A stretch of 64,000 nt of DNA, taken from positions 1,179,803 to 1,243,802 of the forward strand of contig ML996687.1 in assembly GCA_010356995.1 (NCBI GenBank). The letters are read 5' to 3'. Position 1 is the stretch's first letter. Each line of letters opens with the position of its first letter. Below, one piece after another: positions 24,817-37,900 of this stretch. The notes beneath the pieces were generated by a model. The model ran no database searches, was not told where the DNA came from, and worked only from the letters and a program-made list of their open reading frames with translations. Position numbers and translations under genes: made by a program. This DNA is from Trichodelitschia bisporula (Eukaryota).

Positions 24817-27800
24817 ATGCCAAAGCGAAAGCGTCCCACAAAACCCGGCTCGTCGCAAAAGCGCGTGAAGCCCACCGATGCATCATCATCCCCCAAACTG
24901 ACCACCCATCCTATCCTGCATCACTATTTCCACCGCGTCCAACCCCTCCGCGACTGGCTCATCGCGCAGTTCCCCGCCGGCGCCCCACGCGCAAAAGTGC
25001 TCGCTCGCCTCACCAACCGCCCCTCCTCCGCAACCACGGAGACCGTCGCCGAAGCCGAACGACGGGCCGTCATCGTCCTGTTGGACTCAGTACTCGTGGC
25101 CTCGGCGAACGAGGCGCGCGACCCGCGACGCAAACAGGAGCGCGCGCGCGACCTAGCCGCCTTCTCACAGGAGTGTCCGTCGTCGACCATCGGAAAGCCA
25201 GACGCGCAGACGCATCAAGCAGAGGTACGTCTTTATTTTATTTTTACAATTGCCTACTTCTTTTTCCTGCAAGTATCTTTCCTGAAACACCTTCCCATGC
25301 CGTGTTACCGCTGGCAGCTGCGTCTGGCCGGCAACACGCTGCCCACCTCCACACCTACTTCCTGCTTTACCCGCATAACCTGCATAATCCGCGCTCACGC
25401 ACACAGGCTGTCAATTATGTCGTACGGCAGCTCCTGCGCCGCGCCGACCGCGCAAAGGACCTACTCAGCCACGGCTTCGAGCTGGCAAGCGACAACGGCC
25501 TCCACGAAGCCCAGCACGTGCCGGGCGTCGTCTACGGCGCCAAAAACCGACACTACGAGGCGCTGACGTCGCCGCCCTGGAGCGCGCTGCTGTCTCTCCT
25601 GGGCCGCAACGGCGAGCTGCTGATCATAGACCTGCTGCTCGACTGCTGGGTATTTGCACCGCCGGCGCCCGGCGCGAGCAGTCTCGAGCAGATGAGCGGT
25701 GAGTAGGGCGCGTCAGGTGATGTCGTTGCGTTGCTGCGACGAGAAACAATCTGACGGGGCCTTTGCAGGTGTTCCGCTGTCTGAGCTGCCGCTGCTGCGT
25801 GCTGAGGAGGAGCCGCCCGCGAATCGGGCCAAAAAGGATGTCAAATCGGCGGCGGCGATCCGCTTTGTGCGCCACCGCATGTTCTACGCCAAGGCGATGC
25901 TGAATGCAAAAGGGGGCGTGCGGTTCGGCATGCGGCACATCCGTGAGTCGGCGTCTCACATGCTGCAAGGCTGAGTGTCGCTTTTTTTTTCTGACATTCC
26001 CCCCGCAGACGTCTTCAACCGCTTCTCGGATCCGACCGACGAGCAGCAGACGGTGCATGTGTTGAAGTACATCTTCCCGCGCCAGTTCGGCCTGCACAAC
26101 CCCTTTACCTCGGCTGTCAATCCGCGCGAGACGGCCCAACCTTTCAAGGACTACTGCTTACGCGAGGCCGAGATCGCCGAGCTGGACCGCCGGCGCGAAG
26201 CGCAGGGGAAGACGGTGCCGGCGATGGCAAGGCTGCCAAGCCGTCTCCGTAGCGGACCGCGGGATCTGGTTCTCGCGATCCGGAAGCGGCACAAGGCGTG
26301 CGCGTACGTCGAGCTGTTGCGGCATTATTGCCCGAGCACGACGGAGGGCGTGACCGAGTGTCCGCCGGGGACGTCAGCAACGCAGTATGCCACCCCCGCG
26401 GCGCAAGTGTCGGCCTTTTGCCGCGCGGCCTTTAACAAGATCCTTCCGCACGACTGCTGGGGCGCAGGCGAGGCTGGCGAACACAACCGACACGTGTTCC
26501 TCAAGCAAGTAGACCGCTTCATCACCCTACGCAAATTCGAGTCGCTAAGCCTGCACGACGTGCTCCAAGGCCTCAAAATTACCGCCATCCCCTGGCTCGG
26601 ATCCACGTCCACCAAACTCTGCGCTACCGACTTCGCAAAGCGCAAAGAGCTGCTCGCCGAATTCATCTACTTCCTCTTCGACTCGTACCTAGTCCCACTC
26701 CTACGCTCTAACTTCCACATCACCGAGTCCAACGCTCACAGGTGCCGCCTCTTCTTCTTCCGCCACGACGCCTGGCGTCTGCTCTCCGAGCCCGCCGTCG
26801 CAGCGCTCAAATCCTCTATGCTCGAAGAACTCGACACGAGAAGGACTAGGCGCTTCCTGTCCACCCGCGCTCTGGGCGCGGGGCACGTCCGCGTCCTCCC
26901 CAAAGCATCCGGCTTCCGGACAATCACGAACCTGCGCCGCCGACCCCTCCGGCCCGATGGCAAGCTAGGCGCCAGCATAAACACCCTCCTAACCCCCGTC
27001 TTCCACATCCTGAACCACGAAAAAACTACCCACCCGCACCTCCTCGGCTCCTCGCTCTTCTCCGCCTCAGACCTGTACCCAAAACTCAAGTCCTTCAAAC
27101 AGTCCCTGGCAGCGCAAGGCCTCGCCTCCGCACCGCTGTTCTTCGCAAAAGTAGATGTAGCCGCGGCATTCGACTCCGTCCCGCAGGATAAGCTCCTCGC
27201 CCTCGTATCCAGCCTACTCGAGAGTGACAAGTATGCAGTGGAAAAGTACACCACCGTCCACGTACCCGACCCCTCCGCCCCAGGGCGTAAAAACGTGCGG
27301 TATCGCGCGCGTGCCCTGCCCCACGGCCCCGTCCCTCCACCCCTCCTTTCCCCCTCCAACAGCGACGCACAAATGGTGGCCACCGGCCCCCTCCGCACCG
27401 ACACATGGTCCCGCTCCAAATCCCTCACGCTCCTAACCACCCACCTAACCCAACACATAATCCAACTCGGCACCCGCTTCTACCGGCAAAAACTCGGCAT
27501 CCCGCAAGGTTCCATCCTGTCCTCCCTACTCTGCAGCCTGTTCTACGGTGCGCTGGAGCAGGAGGGCGTCTTCGCTTTCCTGTCCCGGCCGGACACGCTG
27601 CTTGTGCGCCTGGTAGATGATTTTTTGCTTATCACGGCGGAGAAGAAAGTCGCAGTGCGCTTCCTCGGCGTTATGCACCGCGGCTTTCCCGAGTGGGGTG
27701 TTAGGGTAAGACGGGAGAAGAGCAGGGCTAGCTTCGAAGCGTGTGTGGGCGGGGAGGAAGTACCCCACGCTTCCGGCCCCGGATTCGCATTCTGCGGTCT

Positions 27801-28353
27801 CGAAATCGACACGAGGACGCTCGCACTGCGGAAAGCAGGCGGGACGCTGGGCAGCGAAGATATCACAAGCTCCCTAACCGTGGACTTTAGTCCTCATCCC
27901 GGTGCCGCATTTACGCGCAAAACGCTCAACGCATTCCACCTCGCCCTGCACGCCATGTACCTCGACACATCGCTCAACGGCCGGCCCGTCGTGCTCGCTA
28001 ACCTGCACAACGCGCTGCACACCGCCGCCGAGCGCGCGTATTTCTACCTCCGCGATTTAAGGGGCGGGGACGGGATGGTCATCGGCGTCATCCCGCAGCT
28101 AGCGCGCCTGGCGCATGGGATTTCCCAGCGCAGGGCGAGGCGCGGAGGGGAAGGGTATGTGTGTGCGGTGAGCGCGCGGGAGGTGCTTTGGCTTGCGTTG
28201 AGGGCGTTTGGGGATGTGTTTGGGCGGCGGCAGACGGGTTACAGGCGGGTGGTGGGGTGGGTGGCGGCTGAGATGGGGGGTGTGGAGAGGAAGTTGGGGG
28301 GGAGGGAAAGGGGGGAGCTTGAGGGGGCTGTGGAGGCGGTTGGAGGGGCGTAG
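24817..28353 (+). CDS. TERT: Telomerase reverse transcriptase (~1072 aa, 4 exons)
   Basis: Introns 25225-25406, 25699-25768 and 25943-26008 give one 3219-nt frame. Motifs: TEN (W..LL..LG..G), KYIFPRQFGLHNPF, T motif FHITESNAHRCRLFFFRHDAW, motif 1 VRVLPK, 2 FRTITNL, A FAKVDVAAAFDSV, B' GIPQGSILSSLLCSLFY, C RLVDDFLLIT, E FCG. Confidence 0.97.
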
Positions 28354-28809
28354 GGATGGTGGGGGCAAGGCTCTCACACAGGCAACGGTAACTGTGTGAA
28401 CTGAAGATTTGAAGTAGAAGACGAAGAGAGGGAGAGAGTCAAAGACTCCCTAGACTTAGGTACACGATGCCAAGTATTCTCCTTTGCTCTTTCATTCAAT
28501 CATGCGCTCATTACATCATGACCCTCAGTATGCACCTTCCTGGCACAACAATGCTCCTTCCAGTCCACATTAAGGTAGAGCAGCGGATACCAATATCAAG
28601 CCATATCACCACCCTCACGGGCACGATTTGATCGTCAACTCAGTTCAGCATTACCACCATCTAATCCCCCACCCAACCATCCAGTCTACCTCCTCCGCGG
28701 AGGCCCTACGCATTATCAAGAATCCCTCAAGCCGCATCACACACCATCATGAACGCCCGCTGCAATGCCCTGCCCTACAAAACAATAGTCGCACATCCCC
28801 ACAACCCCA

Positions 28810-31088
28810 CTAATCAACCTTCCCCACCTCCCGCACCCCAGCCATAAACCCTTCAACCCCCTCCTCCCCCTCCGGCACCCACATCCTCTCCACCTCTCCA
28901 CCCTCCCCCGTAAGGGCCTTTAAGTCCCCCCACAGTCTCCCCTCCAAAAGCCTCACAACCCCACACGCCGCCCGAACCAGAGCCCCCTCCCCCTCAAAAA
29001 GATAAACATCCCACACCCTCGCTACCGCCTCCACGCCCAAGCGCTGATCACAAAAAACACCCCCCATCAATCCACCAAGCACCCCATCCACCTCCTCCTT
29101 CTTCGACAGTAAATGCGCGTACAGCGACGGCATCTTGGTTTTGATGGTCGCCCACACGGCGCGCAGGGTGGCGTCGCGCGTTTCTCCGTCGCTGTTTGTG
29201 AAGAAGGCGCACGGGACGGGGCGGGCGAGGATGTTGGCCAGGATGCTGAAGGCGGCGGCTTCGCCGAGGACGAGGAGGGCGAGGCCGGCGACGTGCGCGG
29301 TCCCGGTGTGCCAGGCGTTGGTGTAGAGGGCGTATGCCTCGCACAGGCGCCTAAGCGGCTCACGCAGCGGACCGGTAGGTGCAAACACGCGCTCCCTGGG
29401 CCACACCCTGTCCATCTCTTCCGCGATTTGTGAAAACCACGTAGCTTCAGAATCCAGAGCGCGCTCCTCCTCCGGCAGCGCAGCGATACGGGTCTTCGCA
29501 GCCTCGACACGCGCAAGTGCGGCGGTGTACGTCGCAGGCGTGATATTCAGCGCGTTGCCAAGAGCACGAGGCCAGATGGTGGTCCGTAAGCGGGGGGGCA
29601 AACCACGCCACCAGAGCTCGCGCGTGCGGGGCTCTGTCATCGCCGTGGTCCAGTTAGGCAGAATGTGCGTTTCCCAGAGGTGCGTGCGATGGGCGCGGGC
29701 CTCGTCTGCGGAGCGTGCGGCGGTGGTAGCAGCTAGATCCCTCTTGGCGTCTGAATAGTCGGTTAGTTTACGGGATTCGTAAGAGATCGTGTTGGTTGCC
29801 GAGGCGACGTACCAGCCTCCAGGCTCCTGGCCATCATCCGCTGATACTCTTTCAAGTGCTTCTTCTCCTCACGCGGATCCTTGGGCGGTAACCAGCTCGG
29901 GCGCGTACGGCTGAGCAAACGCTCCTTCTCCTTACTCGCGGGCAGCGGGTCGATCATCAGGTCTCCGCGACGGACGGGAGGTAATGCGATGGCGCTCGGA
30001 CTCACGCTGCGCTTCTTCTCCTGCCGGGCTTCGCCGCGCTGTACCCGCTCTTCTACTGCACGTTCTTGTTCTGTAGCGTACGTTTCTAAAGCGGCGGTCA
30101 ATTCACGCGCCTCGACGCTCAGATCGCCCAGCACGAGGTCCCACGCGCGACTCCCACGCTTGCTCTTATCGCCATCCACACTCCCAGCCATACTCTCGGC
30201 AATACTCCCAGAAAAACTCGGGCTCCCTCCGGCCCCGGGGCGCGGACTGATAGGTATATTCCAGATCACCGCATCGTCGGGGAGATCCTCGTCCTCCGGT
30301 GTGATTTCGGCTTCCAGCTCGGCGGCCGATTTGCGCGGCACGAACGGGCGGGCGGTGAAGCGCGGTGGTGCGGAGGAGTGGCTTGCGGCGCTGGAGGCGG
30401 AGCTGCGCGGCGAGGGCGGACTCGGATTGCGGTTCGTGGGGAAGCTGTGGTGGTGCGTCATGCCGGGGGATGTGCTCGGCGATATCGGCGATGCGCTGCG
30501 CGAGCGGCGCTCCTCGGGGGTGCGTTTTCTCCGCGAGCGCTTCGGGGGCGGTGCGAGAGCAGTGTTCGCTTGCGGGACAAGGGAGAGGCGCGGGGGCGGC
30601 TGGCGCGACGTCAGATCCCTAGGAGCCGAGGAGGCGCGATTCGGCATCTTGGTTGTTGGGTGGTAGAGGGGCCGGGGCGCGTCATCGAGGCTTATGTCTT
30701 CGAAGTGGGCGATATCGGCGTCGGGGGAGTCGTCGAGGAAGGCGGGGGAGGCGAAGGAGGAGGATTTGGAGGATTTGGAGGTGGTGAGGTCGGGGGGGGA
30801 GGAGGGGGGGGAGTGCGGTTGCTGTTGCGCGGTGAAGTGCGCCATGAGGGGACGGGGGGGTGGGAGGGAGAGGTTTAGATGTGGTGCATGGCGCTTTGGG
30901 TGGGGGAATGCTGGTGGTTGTTTGCGGTATGTGAGGCTAAGCGCTGTTGGTAGTTGTGGTATTTGTGGTAGTGGTGTTGTTATTGTTGGTGTTTTTGCGA
31001 ATTGCGGAAAAGGAGGAGTGAGCGGAGGAGAGGGAGGAAGTGTCGTGAGACGAAGATCAAAGGCGGCCGAAGGTCCGAAAGCGTCCAT
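28810..31088 (-). CDS. Sbe2/Sbe22-like region plus TBC (Rab-GAP) domain protein (~738 aa)
   Basis: KERLLSRTRPSWLPPKDPREEKKHLKEY motif. Intron 29751-29812 joins to WETHILPNW..TRELWWRGLPPRLRTTIW..ARVWDVYLFEG. Start codon uncertain (31088 or an internal ATG). Confidence 0.85.
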
Positions 31089-31266
31089 TGCGCGTGAGAT
31101 GCCTGTCAGAGGGGCCTGAGGCAGCGATAAGGGGCTTGACGGGTGGGTCTTTTTTTCAATTGCTGGCGCCACAGCGGATCAGTGCGCTACTGACTAGCAT
31201 GTGGATTTCGATGTCATATTATCAATTAGGATACTGGTGAGGGAAAGAGGGTGAGAGGTTGGAGGA

Positions 31267-31433
31267 AGAGTGAGAGAGTGAGAGAGTGAGAGAGTGAGAG
31301 AGTGAGAGAGTGAGANNNNNNNNNNNNNNNNNNNNNNNNNNNNNNAGAGTGAGAGAGTGAGAGAGTGAGAGAGTGAGAGAGTGAGAGAGTGAGAAATTGA
31401 GAAAGTGAGAAAGTGAGAGAGTGAGAGAGTGAG
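31267..31433. repeat. (GAGTGAGA)n octamer tandem repeat containing a 30-N gap (31316-31345)
   Basis: Read directly; lies just upstream of the TBC gene. Confidence 0.95.
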
Positions 31434-34400
31434 AGCGAGAGAGGGAGGTTGGAGAGTTGGAGAGCGAGGGCGACGAGAGGGCGAGTGAGGGAGTCAAAAG
31501 AGAATCTGCAGACTCGAAAGTAGAAGAGAAGCAGGTGAGCCTTGGACGAGGAAACGGTGCAGCAACGAGCAAACAAGCAGGGAGAGGGCACCGAGGGATG
31601 ATTTACGCATCGCATCGCCGCTCACGCCCTCTCAATATACAGTAAAAAGCGGCAATCTGCCCATATTGCGGTGTATGCCACGGCCATTGGCTCGCCATCT
31701 ACGACGCAACAAGAAGGCAGAAGGCGGGGAGCCGACACGGCCTGTCTTAATAATGTGAGCGAGAGAGAAGAGAAGACGATGAGGTGATAGGCCACTCGTC
31801 AACCATCAACTCAGCTCTCTGCCTTGATTGAGGTCGTGCAGTTATCACGCATGAGCCACTACACTTTCTCGGGGCAAGCTGCGAATCTCAGGCATAAGCA
31901 AGCGACTCCAAAAAAGTCACCGGTGGCTGGCCAGCGAACAAACATCTTCGGAGCGATGGCTGGCCAACAAACCAAGATCTCGGAAGCGATGGCTGGTGTG
32001 TATCGCGTATCGCCAGTTCTCACCCAGTCACCGCCAGCCTCCCCGCATAATCGACAAAGAATCGCGTGCATGGCATTGCGTGTCCAGCTGCTAACATCGC
32101 GCATTATCACTGCCAGTGATACTTATCTTAGCCCATGGCGCGCACCTTTATCTTCATCCCCGCTTCTTCAGCCTCAGTGCATCATGTACCTCCAGCTGCG
32201 AACACTCTTTGTCTCCCATCGTCAGCCTTGCGTGCCCACTTCTCCGCAGTGTTGTACCCGTTGACCCTCTCCGGCTCCCCATCTCCACTCACTCCACCGT
32301 CGCACCCGTCGACTCGACACACGCGACAATGACGTGCAGATCACGTCCTTCCTCAGCAATGACGTCTATTTACCATCCCCTCCAAAAAGCCAAACAAACC
32401 CGTCTCCCAACCATGGACAAATGAAACGCGACCCTAATCCCACCCGCCCCGCCGTCGCAGGAAACCCCGTCCAGCAAGCCCTGCAAACGCTTTCTGCCCT
32501 GCTTCATCATCCACCAATCCCCGCCTCCAGCCCTCGTCGCAATAAAACGTCTCCCGCCCGCTCCATCGTTAATAAACTCATCTTAAACCCCTCCTTCCAT
32601 CAACGGCCTTGAGTCTGACACCGACCGACAGGGCAGACTCGACATCCCGGCCTTGCCTTGCTTACCAGCTGATTCCCTACCCAATATCCCCGTGCCCATC
32701 AGGCACGCCGTCCTGCCGTCACAGGCTAGTCGTCGGCGAGACCCAACATGGCCCCGGCTACACTAGTTACGGTAGCTGACGGCACCCGGCGAAGTACGGC
32801 ACTCGGCGATGGTTCCGCCGTAAGCCGCGAGCAAGAATGAATCAAGCAAGAAAGAACCAAGCAAGAAAAGCAGGCAGTAAAGCCACGAAAAAGTCAACCC
32901 ACTCATCTCCCACCCCCCCACGCCAAATCTCACCCTCCAATCTCAACCCCCCCGCCCCGCCCCGCCCCGCCCCCATCTCCGAATCCGCCAGCCCAGCCAA
33001 GCCCGCCAAGCCCACCACCCCCGGCTCCAGCCGTAACCAAGCTCCACAGTCGCGCCTTCAACGCGCCCGCGTGGCTTACAGGGCCACGTCAACCGCCCCA
33101 CTAGGCTAGCCGTGGCTGGTGGCTGCGACACATGTGAGGCTTGCCAGCTGTTGTGGCTGTTGCGGTGAGCGGGTGGGCTTTATCACGGGATTTTTGGTGG
33201 AGGCTGGTGAGGGCTGGTGTGGCCGGTGCTGGGGCGGGGATTGGTGCGGCGGGAGGGTTAAGCAACGTCGTGGATTGCGAAGGTCGATGGTGATGGCTGT
33301 GCTTCAAGCATTGGATGGTTGCGGGGCGATGGACGGGTGGTGAAGGAGGATATGAGGGGAGTGTGCCTTGCCTGCGGCGTCCTGTTAGGTTATGATGGCC
33401 ATGGTGGATCACAACATTTGAAGAGCGACATCTCACATGCACAAGCACAAACAACTAAGCCACGACTCTAAATTTGAAGAATATTTGAATGATGAGCTTG
33501 TAATAATGCGAGAGGTGTTCCCGATCCTATCTAAGCCCAACCGCCCGTCACATCCTTCCTCCACCCGACAACAGACCTGCCGCGATTACAAGTCCCACCC
33601 ATCCCGATGACGGTGAGGACAGGAGCGTTGGTCTGCTCCAACTCCTCCGCCTTGGTTTTGGTTTGCTTCCATATATAGGCCAGGTCCGTGACGGCCATTT
33701 TGCTGCCAGTCTCCCAGCCTCCACACTCCCTCCTGCCCGCATCGTCCTTGCAATCCAGCGCATTCATAAGCTCTTGCCCCAAATCGCACCTCCCGCTCAT
33801 GGATAGTCCGCCTCCGGAACATCTGCTGCAGGCTCGTCGAATTGTGTGGGTTGCGAGGAAGGCGTAAGGCCTGGCGTACGCATTCAATTCCTTGTCGAAG
33901 TCGTCCAGGGATGTGTCCAGCGCGGCGCAGCGTCCGAACTGGAAGAAAAGCAACAGCACTTTCAAGCCAAGCCGCAAGGCCGCCGGCTTCTTGTTCTTGT
34001 TCTTGTTCTTGTTCTCCTTCTCCCACCGAGGAGCCCCACATCGAGCCCATTAGGGCGAAAAAAGATACTTGTGTGGGTTGCGAGGAGAACGAAGTCATGG
34101 ACCTCTTGTTCTTGTTCTCCTTCTCCCACCGTATATAGCGGTGGAATCCGTCATTTCGACACATGCTTTAGCGGAACTCCAAGCGTCGGCGAGCCGTGAT
34201 GAATGTTCCGCAGAAGTGGGGAACGAGACGAAAGTACAAGAAATCTTTCATACCCCATGAAATGCCGCTGAATCGTCAAAGATCGGAGTAGTCAGCCGCA
34301 AGTCAGGATGGATTCCATGGCTCAAACTCCCAGCTCTGCCGCCGGCGCCGGCGTCGATGCCGATGGGCGCCCACGCATCCACGCCCGATCATCGCAGGCG

Positions 34401-34528
34401 TCATGGTCGTCGGTGTCCACTTCGCCCGTAAGAAGACGATGGAGCTGCATCTGGAGTGCTCATCAATGGAGGATCAGAACCCATGTTTGCAACTGGAGCA
34501 ACTTGATCGCCGGTGGCAGCCGAAGAGA

Positions 34529-34923
34529 GGAGTGTGCTGCTCCGAGCGTGAGTCGAGCTATTTTGCAAGGGAAACCACTCGAGCTGTTGTTGACCTTGTG
34601 TCGTTCCGAGTCTGGAACCTGAATCGACGATGGAGGAGTCTTTTTGCTTGATCTTTAATTGCTGAAATGTCTTCCGAGAGAAATATGGTGGCTTTAGGCC
34701 TTGGGCCTGATGCTGTATATAGGACGGCAGTTGAGAGCCTGTACTGGTTGATTGATTTTGAAGAATGGGGAACACCGGGAGAAGTCAAGCGGAACTAGAT
34801 TGGAAGACGTGAGGCGACCATCGGTTAAGAATGAAGCGTGCTATCCCGAGCACGAGTCGGGCGATCTGCCACGGCTGTTGGGAAAACGAAGCGTGCTGTT
34901 CCAAGCACGGGTCGAGCGATTTG
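34529..34923. repeat. Three imperfect ~36-bp repeats (34529-34565, 34833-34868, 34888-34923)
   Basis: Consensus G.AGCGTGCT..YCC.AGCACG.GTCGAGCGAT.TG aligned by eye. Confidence 0.7.
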
Positions 34924-37900
34924 AGCGGCGAGCTACGCCTGCGTGACAATCGCTCCCGTGCCCGAGACTGTGAGTCTGCAGGTCCATCCAGGCCGGCTGG
35001 AAAGCCGAGTGATAAAACCCGAACCGCAGCAGGAGCCCGAAATCCTCAACGACGCCGTACTCCACGAGCCCATCTGGTTGAAAATGCGCATCATCGAGAA
35101 TGATGGTGAACGAGCTTGACGGCGCGTTCCCAGGAGGAAGAAAGTGGTTGTTTTCGGGGGCGCTGAGTTGGCAAAATGGCACTTGTTCGCCGACCGCACG
35201 AAAGTGAAGCAGGGTTGATAGTGTGATACGATACCCTTGTACGCCGAGTGCGAGTTCAGGGCATCGAAGGAGTTGTGAGCCGCGTCCGCAACGCCGTCGC
35301 ATAAGGGCAGTCGTGACACTTGATAGACGGAGGCGAAAGGCACCCTCTGCCCGTTGAAGACAGCGCTCTTGTGGAGATTACGCCGTCCAACACCCTCAAC
35401 TCGTCATTGTTGACCACAAGGGAAAACGCGTATAATGAATGGAAGAGAGAGGGCGACATCTGGGAGACTAGGCTGGAGTACGGGAGTTGTTGGTGGCAAT
35501 TCAACTGGTTCCCGTCGGTGCAAAATCCGTGAAGGATTGATGGATGTCGAGGTGGGCCCGAAGCATCGGCCAGGATCCTTCTCTCGGTGGATTTGGCTCA
35601 CAAGCCGAGCTATACTCTTTACCATTTCCATCAGACTCCGGCAATCAAGGTGACAGCGCCGCCGGGCCTTGCACACTTGAAGCTTCCACTTCAGCAGCTT
35701 GCGCCCGGCGACTCCATGCTGTTGGAGGAAGGAGTGTTCAAGCTCACGAAGAATTCATCCCTCTCAAAGAGCTTGAGGCATAGTGGTGGGGAATGAATTT
35801 GAATGATGGCCTTGAAGGTAGAAGTTTAGGGCGGTTTTTTCGAAGTTTGATGGATGCCGTTGAAGGATGCTGTTGACAGAGAGCTGGACTAAAATCAGCT
35901 GCGATTCGTGAGGGTACTCTAGACGAGACATACAACTTTGCTTGAGACATGATAACTATTTGACCCTCAAAGCGGGTAGAACGCAGGCAAGTGCCGGTGA
36001 GCTGGAATACCTGAGCTCGTCAATATCTCCATTCGCCCCAAGGTGAACAAGGCAATGAAGACTGACCTTGCGAGCGTCACGTGAGGCTGCACTCAGCCTC
36101 GTGGGCTTGGCGCCCATCGCGAGGGGAATGAAGCCGGTTTTGGACTGCGCGTATTGAACAACTTTCAGTGCGTGAGGCAGGTATTCTCGGCATGCGAGCA
36201 GCTCATCGAAGTTGTACTCTTACTAGAAGGAGTGGCTATACCATGATACGAGCGACGTGTGCACCCGAGACTCCACTGCTGATATCTAATGTTTAAAAGT
36301 AGTCCAAGTATTGTCAAGAAGCTAAACAACATGAGTGTTGTTTCTGTTGCTGCTGGTACCAGGCCAGTGGCGTCTTGGCTACGTCGACACCGGCCTGCTC
36401 ATCGGTATGAGAACGCTCGAGCAGTGGGTTGATAACTGGAGGCGCGGCGGAAGTCTCCGCAGCTATGGAGGTAAGCAGCATGAACGTAAGAGTGAAGTGA
36501 CAAAGATCGAAAAGTGAACTTACGCTGGCATGGAGGTCTACACGGCTACAGAAGGTAGCTATAGCTCGCCTTGAAAATGGCTCGGATGCAATTCAATATC
36601 CGCGGAAACGTATATGTCGTCTTCCACTTGTTTAGTCCATTAAAACAGGGAGGATGTGTGCATGGCAGCGGGACTTACGGCTTGGATGGCCCAATGTGTG
36701 ACCTGCAGCAGAGGGGGCTCGGGCAAGCTTGGAACTGCACAGCCCACCTGCAGAAGACAGTACAGATACAACGCAGAGTGAATCATGGCTGCTTGATGCT
36801 GGATGAGGGTTGATTGCTTCTATAATTGCACGATGACATGAGGTTAGTCGTCCGGTTTGGGTTAGGTCACCATGAGGTAGGCGTTCACTCACTTTTGAAT
36901 TGCGTCTCAATTGACGAACCTAGGCCCAAGCAGTTACCAGCAAAGGTGTAATGCAAATATCATCCACCTCTTTAGCAGCCGGGGGCCTTCAGCTGACTGC
37001 TGCCTGGTTCAGTTTGCCACCCTGGAGAGGAGCGGACAACGAAAGGCATACTGGAGTATACCATGAGGGTTCGGACAAAAAGCGAGGAAAGACGAGATGC
37101 GAAGGCAAGGAGGTGAATTAGCAATGCTTGAGAGGTGGTACTGATGGTTTGCGTTAGGCCTTAGTGTTGAGAGTTGGTGTTGAGAGAAGAAATTGGAGTC
37201 GAGAGGAGAACTTTTATAACGGGTGGGTGACTTGGAGGAACTCTTTTGAAGGAAGGAACGCCTCACCCTTGTCTTCTTTCACCTGGCCTGAACTGGATAG
37301 GTTATTGCCAGGAGGGGAAGGGTTTCGTCCCGCTCAGTGTAGAATTGCTGAGTACTGGTTCTAGGGGATCTGGTCGTTCGGACACGCAACAATTGTTGAA
37401 CTCCGAGCTCTACATTAAAGAGCTGCTTCCGGTTGTTTCGGCATGCAACTGGAGCTGTGCGGGCGTGAGAATCGAGGCTCAAATCATTGGCAGTGGTGGA
37501 TCACCAAAGTCTTCGAGAACTTCAATCTATAGTTATGTTACCGCGCAACGTTTGATTATATTGTAGCCTGGCACATTCAAGCTGCACTAGTCCATTCTAT
37601 AATGCATTAAACGTTGCTGAATTGTGTAGTTCTAGCATGCTTGCTGAAGTGCATAGCGTGCAAAGTATCCGGCTTCAGGGGAAAGCCTTCATATGAGCTC
37701 TCAGGACTCTCATACTTCCGAAACTTTACGAATTTATTTATTTTAAATGGAATCCATGTCGCATTTGCATTCGAAAGCTATATATGAAGTTTGAGAGCTT
37801 TTCATCCAGTGGTTGTTGAGTAATGGTTGTGTAGGGTGAAGTTTGCCTCCGGACAGCCCCCGCCATGAAGCTCACAGCTTTACACTCAAGCTTCATGGTA

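Noticed and set aside
25224..25406. Stwintron in TERT intron 1 (G|GTACGT..AAG|TATCT)
   Set aside because: Nested splicing would shift the frame by one base, whereas simple splicing already gives the correct frame.
25975..28353. RT ORF as a retrotransposon or retron
   Set aside because: It has the telomerase T motif, TEN domain and spliceosomal introns, and no endonuclease, integrase or LTRs.
34529..34923. CRISPR-like array
   Set aside because: Only three imperfect, irregularly spaced copies in a eukaryote, with no cas genes.
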